NCBI GenBank assembly: GCA_963775425.1
Contig: CAVZJB010000011.1
Coordinates: 128,001 to 192,000 of the forward strand
From: an uncultured delta proteobacterium
GTDB taxonomy: Bacteria > Myxococcota > UBA727 > VGSZ01
Direction: 5' to 3'
DNA length: 64,000 nucleotides
Shown: positions 58,718 through 64,000 of the stretch, piece by piece
How the letters are laid out: each line of letters starts with the position of its first letter
Numbering within the stretch: position 1 is the first letter of the stretch
Notes under the pieces: model-generated
What the model was told of the DNA's origin: nothing
The model's database searches: none
Seen by the model: the letters and a program-made list of their open reading frames with translations, nothing else
Program-made: the position numbers and the translations under genes

Positions 58718-59929
58718 GTGGCCAATCCCCTCGCATGGCTCCCCTTCCACGGGGACAAGCGCAGCAGACGCGCCGCGTTGCTCGGCGGCGCACTGACCGC
58801 TTCGCTCTGCATGCACTTCGGCCTGCCGTTCATCCACTGGCAGCGCATCGAGGCCGTCAGCGAGACGCCGGTGCAGGTGACGCTCTTGCCGCCGCCGCCG
58901 GTGCCGGTGCCGGAGGCGGACGAGCCGGTCGAGGCCCCCGACGAGGACGACGTCGACGCGCCCAAGAAGGAAGACGCGCCGGTGCAAAAGCCGCAGAAGG
59001 AGGCGGACAAGGAGACGCCGCCGAAGGTGGAGGAGCCGCCCGCCAAGGTGTCGGTGCCGCCGCCCATCCCCACCGTGGACCGGCAGGCGGCGTGGAAGGC
59101 GCGGCTGGCGGACCTCCAGCGCCGCCGGGCGGAGCGCCTCGCCGAGCGCATGCGCCAGCGCGCGGAGCGGGAGGCGGCGCGGCAGCGCCTGGGATTGGGC
59201 GGCAAGAAGGGCGGCGCCCCCGACACCGGCGCGTGGAAGACGGGCAAGCCCGACTCCACCTACCTGTGCACCGCCAACGACAAGGGCATCGAGCTCCACG
59301 TGATGCGCGCGCGGCCGCTGCGCGAGTGGATCACCATCGTGCCCACGGTGCTCGCCGGGTTCGACACGCGGCCCGGGCTCGGCGGCTACCTCGACCACGT
59401 GCAGCAGATCGTGCAGCGCGACCACACGCACGGCGCGCCGCGCCGGCTCGGCTTCGTGGAGCTCGGTCTGCCCAGCGACGTCCTGCAGTTCCCGCTCGAG
59501 GAGCCGCGCGGCGTGCGCATCGCCGTCGGGCGCCTCGACGCGCATTGCATGGTCGGCTTCAAGTACGCGGCGCGGCTGTTTCCCTTCACCATCCAGCGCG
59601 CGCCGGTGCGCATCATCGACGGCTCCAACCACACGGTGAACGCGCTCGTCGACGTCACGTTCTTCAAGGACGTCTCTCTCGAGATCCACTCGGTGGACGG
59701 CACCGAGCTGCCGTTCACGCGCGGCCGCTTGAAGAACGGCAGCGGCATCCAGCGCAACATCGAGGACCACTACGAGGCCGCGCGCCTGGCCAAGAGCATC
59801 GCCGACCTCTTCGGCATCAAGCTCGTCCCGCACCACAACCGCGCCGCGAGAGCGCCGGCGCGCCACCCGCGGGCCACCAAGACCAAGAACCTCGCCGAGG
59901 GTCGGCCGGCCAAGCGCGCCCAGGACTGA
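58718..59929 (+). CDS. Membrane-anchored protein with a TonB/TolA-like Pro/charged linker and an unknown C-terminal domain
   Basis: N-terminal TM with SxxxH, PPPPVPVPE/EKP linker, charged helix; AAGGAG SD. Confidence 0.75.
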   Translation: MANPLAWLPFHGDKRSRRAALLGGALTASLCMHFGLPFIHWQRIEAVSETPVQVTLLPPPPVPVPEADEPVEAPDEDDVDAPKKEDAPVQKPQKEADKETPPKVEEPPAKVSVPPPIPTVDRQAAWKARLADLQRRRAERLAERMRQRAEREAARQRLGLGGKKGGAPDTGAWKTGKPDSTYLCTANDKGIELHVMRARPLREWITIVPTVLAGFDTRPGLGGYLDHVQQIVQRDHTHGAPRRLGFVELGLPSDVLQFPLEEPRGVRIAVGRLDAHCMVGFKYAARLFPFTIQRAPVRIIDGSNHTVNALVDVTFFKDVSLEIHSVDGTELPFTRGRLKNGSGIQRNIEDHYEAARLAKSIADLFGIKLVPHHNRAARAPARHPRATKTKNLAEGRPAKRAQD

Positions 59930-59996
59930 CCTCGGCGCCATCGCCGCCCGCCGACGCGCAGCGCGCGTCAGGGACGCCGGCGGACATGCCGCCTGC

Positions 59997-61994
59997 CTAC
60001 TCGAACGTCACGGCGATGCGGGCGGTGGCGCCGCCTTTGACGTCGACCTTCTTGGTGATCTCTTTGTCGCCGTGCTTGAGGTGCACCACGTAGCTGCCCG
60101 CGACGACGTCGATGGGCGCGAGCGGCGTGTTGCCGAAGTCGCGGGTGCCGATGATGACGTCGGCGAACGGCAGCGCGCGCACGTCGAGCTTTCCGTGCGG
60201 CAGCGCGCCGTAGTCGATGTGCGACGACACCTCGACGACGGTGCGGCCGCCATGCCGCTTGTCGTAGGCGATGAGGCGCCGCGTGGACGCCGGCACCTGC
60301 AGCCGGGTGGTGGCGAAGCCGAGGATCTTGCCGCGGTCGGTCAGCCACTGCACCGAGGGGGGAGCGACGACCGCGACCTCGCGCACCGACGGCCGGCGGC
60401 GCGTGTCCCGGTGCGCGTCCTTGGCGTCCTTGGCGTCGTCCTTGGCGTCGTCCTTGGCGTCGTCCTTGTGCGCCGGCAAGGCGGCCGGGTCGTCCCCTGC
60501 GGGGCCCGGCGTGGGGCTCGGCGTGTCGCCGGGGCCCGTGTCGCCGGGGCCCGGCGTGGGGCTCGGCGTGTCGCCGGGGCCCGTGTCGCCGGGGCCCGTG
60601 TCGCCGGGGCCCGTGTCGCCGGGGCCCGTGTCGCCCGGGGGCGCGTCGCCGGGGGCCGTGTCGCCGGGGGGCGTGTCGCCGGATGGGGCGTCGCCGGGGG
60701 CTGTGGCCGTCGCCCCGGCGGGCGCCGGCGGATGCCCCAGGGAGTCCTGGGCGGAGCGCACCACCGCCCAGCCGCCGATGCCGAGGACGGCGACGGCGGC
60801 GGCGGCGGCGAACAGCGGGGCCCGGCTCGGCTTGAAGGTGGCCGCGAGCTCGTCGTCGCCGCCCGCGAGGCCCACCGAGGTAGGCGCCGTCGCGTCGCTC
60901 ACCGAGATGTGCGGCACCTCGAGCGTGTCACCCGCGCCGGTCCTCGACACCCAACCGGACTTCAGGAGCTCGGTCTCGGGCGCCGACGCCGGGAACGTCA
61001 GGATGGGGCCCGTCTCCTCGACCTCGACCTCGTCGGCGTGGTCGAGGACGTCGCGCACGAAGGGCGCGACCACCGAGCGGCGCATCGAGAGCACGTCCGC
61101 GAGCCGGTCGGCGATGTCGTGCCCCGTGGCGGGCCGCAGGTCGCGATCCTTCTCGATGAGGCGCAGGACGAGGTTTTCCAGGCGCCTCGGCACCAGCGGG
61201 TTGAGCTCAGTTGGCGGCCGCGGCTTCTCCGACAGGATCGCGTTCATCAGCGCGAGGTCCGTCGGCGCCGAGAACGGCCGCTTGCCCGTGAGCAGCCAGT
61301 AGGCGGTGACGCCGAGGGCGTACAGATCGGCGCGCCCGTCGACGGGATCGCCCCGCACCTGCTCCGGCGACAGGAACGGGATCTTCCCCTTGAGCTCGCC
61401 GGTCTTGGTGCGCTCCGCGGTGGCCACCTTGGCGACGCCGAAGTCGAGGATCTTGGTGACGCCCTCACGGTTCATCATCAGGTTGTCGGGGCTGATGTCC
61501 CTGTGGATGATGTCGAGGGGCTTGCCGTCCGCGTCGCACTTTTCGTGGGCGGCGGCGAGCCCGAGGGCCGCGTCGGACAGAGCGCTGCAGACGAGCTCCA
61601 GCGGCAGCGGCTTCTTCAACCGCCAGGCGGCGCGCGCGAGGCGGTTGAGTGCCAGCCCCTCGACGTACTCCATGGCGATGAAGTAGGCGCCGTGGTCTTC
61701 GCCGAGCTCGTAGATGTGCACGATGTTCGTGTGCTGCAACATCGCCGCGACACGCGCCTCGCGCTGGAACATGTCGACGAAGCGCTTCTCCACGGCGAGG
61801 TGCGGCAGGATGCGTTTGACGACGCACGCCTTCTGGAAGCCCGCAGGTCCGTCTTGCTGCGCGAGGAAGACCTCGGCCATCCCGCCCACGCCGAGCCGTT
61901 TGGTCAGCAGGTACCGGCCGAGCCGCGCCGGCAGCGTGTAGACGGGCTGCGGCTCCTCCCGCTCGACGCCGTCGGTCTTGAGATCACCGGTCAC
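59997..61994 (-). CDS. Membrane Ser/Thr protein kinase with (GDTGP)n linker and a C-terminal PEGA-like domain
   Basis: LGVGGMAEVF, HRDISPDN, DFGVAK, KGKIPFLSPEQ; 15-bp repeats at ~60500-60700; P.ADV.I....G.TP....V..G.Y.V.L. Confidence 0.93.
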   Translation of the reverse strand: MTGDLKTDGVEREEPQPVYTLPARLGRYLLTKRLGVGGMAEVFLAQQDGPAGFQKACVVKRILPHLAVEKRFVDMFQREARVAAMLQHTNIVHIYELGEDHGAYFIAMEYVEGLALNRLARAAWRLKKPLPLELVCSALSDAALGLAAAHEKCDADGKPLDIIHRDISPDNLMMNREGVTKILDFGVAKVATAERTKTGELKGKIPFLSPEQVRGDPVDGRADLYALGVTAYWLLTGKRPFSAPTDLALMNAILSEKPRPPTELNPLVPRRLENLVLRLIEKDRDLRPATGHDIADRLADVLSMRRSVVAPFVRDVLDHADEVEVEETGPILTFPASAPETELLKSGWVSRTGAGDTLEVPHISVSDATAPTSVGLAGGDDELAATFKPSRAPLFAAAAAVAVLGIGGWAVVRSAQDSLGHPPAPAGATATAPGDAPSGDTPPGDTAPGDAPPGDTGPGDTGPGDTGPGDTGPGDTPSPTPGPGDTGPGDTPSPTPGPAGDDPAALPAHKDDAKDDAKDDAKDAKDAHRDTRRRPSVREVAVVAPPSVQWLTDRGKILGFATTRLQVPASTRRLIAYDKRHGGRTVVEVSSHIDYGALPHGKLDVRALPFADVIIGTRDFGNTPLAPIDVVAGSYVVHLKHGDKEITKKVDVKGGATARIAVTFE

Positions 61995-62067
61995 GCAGGA
62001 ATCCTATGCCCAACGGGGCCCTCCGCGCCCGCACGGACAGCCTGTGTGCCATGCGCCGATGTCGGTC

Positions 62068-62541
62068 CTACTCGGCCGCCTGGCTCGTGGCCCGCTTCTG
62101 GAGGGCGTCGGCGTAGCGACGGGCGTGGCGCGCCTCCACCTTGGCGAGGCCGCGGAAGCGCTTCTCGGCCTTTTGGAGGGCACCCTTGAACAGCACGGCG
62201 TGGTCCTTGGACTCGCGGGCCTGCTCGTCGAACACCTCGACGGCGGCGTGCTCCTGCTCCGCCCGCGCCACGTCCGCGAACGCCGGGTACATCTGGCTCG
62301 TCTCGTACAGCTCGCCCTCCATGGCGGCGCGCAGCAGGTCGGTGACCTCGAGCTGCTCCGCCGGGAAGAGCTGCGACAGGTGCGCGAAGGCGTGGGCGGT
62401 CTCTTCGTCCGCCGTGGCCTCGAACAGGCGGGCGACCTCCTCGTCGCCCTTCAGGCGCGCGAGGCGGGCAAAGTACAAGTACTTCCGGTTGGCCATCGCC
62501 TCTCCGGCGAACGCGGCTTCGAGGTTCTCACGGGTCTTCAT
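62068..62541 (-). CDS. Rubrerythrin-family protein (no rubredoxin domain)
   Basis: T.ENL.AAFAGE..ANRKY.YFA, E..HA, GE.YE...MYP.FA and E..H motifs. Confidence 0.92.
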   Translation of the reverse strand: MKTRENLEAAFAGEAMANRKYLYFARLARLKGDEEVARLFEATADEETAHAFAHLSQLFPAEQLEVTDLLRAAMEGELYETSQMYPAFADVARAEQEHAAVEVFDEQARESKDHAVLFKGALQKAEKRFRGLAKVEARHARRYADALQKRATSQAAE

Positions 62542-62560
62542 GGCTGGTCTCCTTCCAGGT

Positions 62561-62575
62561 TTAGACACTGTCTAA
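62561..62575. promoter_or_regulatory. Perfect 7-1-7 inverted repeat, Fur/PerR-family operator-like
   Basis: TTAGACA-C-TGTCTAA, 20 nt upstream of the rubrerythrin ATG. Confidence 0.65.
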
Positions 62576-62670
62576 CTTCCACCCGGGTGAGATGCACGGA
62601 TCCCGGAGGCGTTGCCGGCAGGCGTTGCGTCGGCGTCCGCGGCGCGCGCGCCGCGCGGTATGCTCGCGGC

Positions 62671-64000
<1,330 letters not shown>

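Noticed and set aside
62036-62051. Possible sigma54 promoter upstream of kinase 59997-61994
   Set aside because: TGGCACA is present but the -12 position reads GT rather than GC; a TAGGAT box 6 nt before the GTG explains the gene better.

Overview
Very GC-rich bacterial chromosomal window. The gene content (four Ser/Thr kinases, PEGA proteins, a MYXO-CTERM-like tail, an FHA-sigma54 activator, Cys-rich repeat lipoproteins) suggests a Myxococcota/deltaproteobacterial host (inference). Left end: a frameshift-type IS5 element, then core genes (radA, slyD, spmAB-like, rlmE, tRNA-Phe). About 7-37 kb is an accessory mosaic around tRNA-Phe and tRNA-Lys, with pdxJ, catabolic and regulatory genes, many truncated gene stubs and several repeats. 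The most notable locus is 38.9-52 kb, two divergent operons each preceded by a sigma54-type promoter. Together they encode (i) a membrane-anchored ferredoxin/circularly permuted TrxB-like flavoprotein fused to a His-containing membrane domain, (ii) a 30-CxxCH cytochrome, (iii) a 29-CxxCH lipoprotein cytochrome and (iv) a probable outer-membrane beta-barrel. This is a candidate NAD(P)H-to-cell-surface electron conduit, flanked and interrupted by Ser/Thr kinase modules. Six lipoproteins share a signal peptide/(Glu-Gly)n tract/variable passenger architecture. All calls come from reading motifs by eye; no searches were run.
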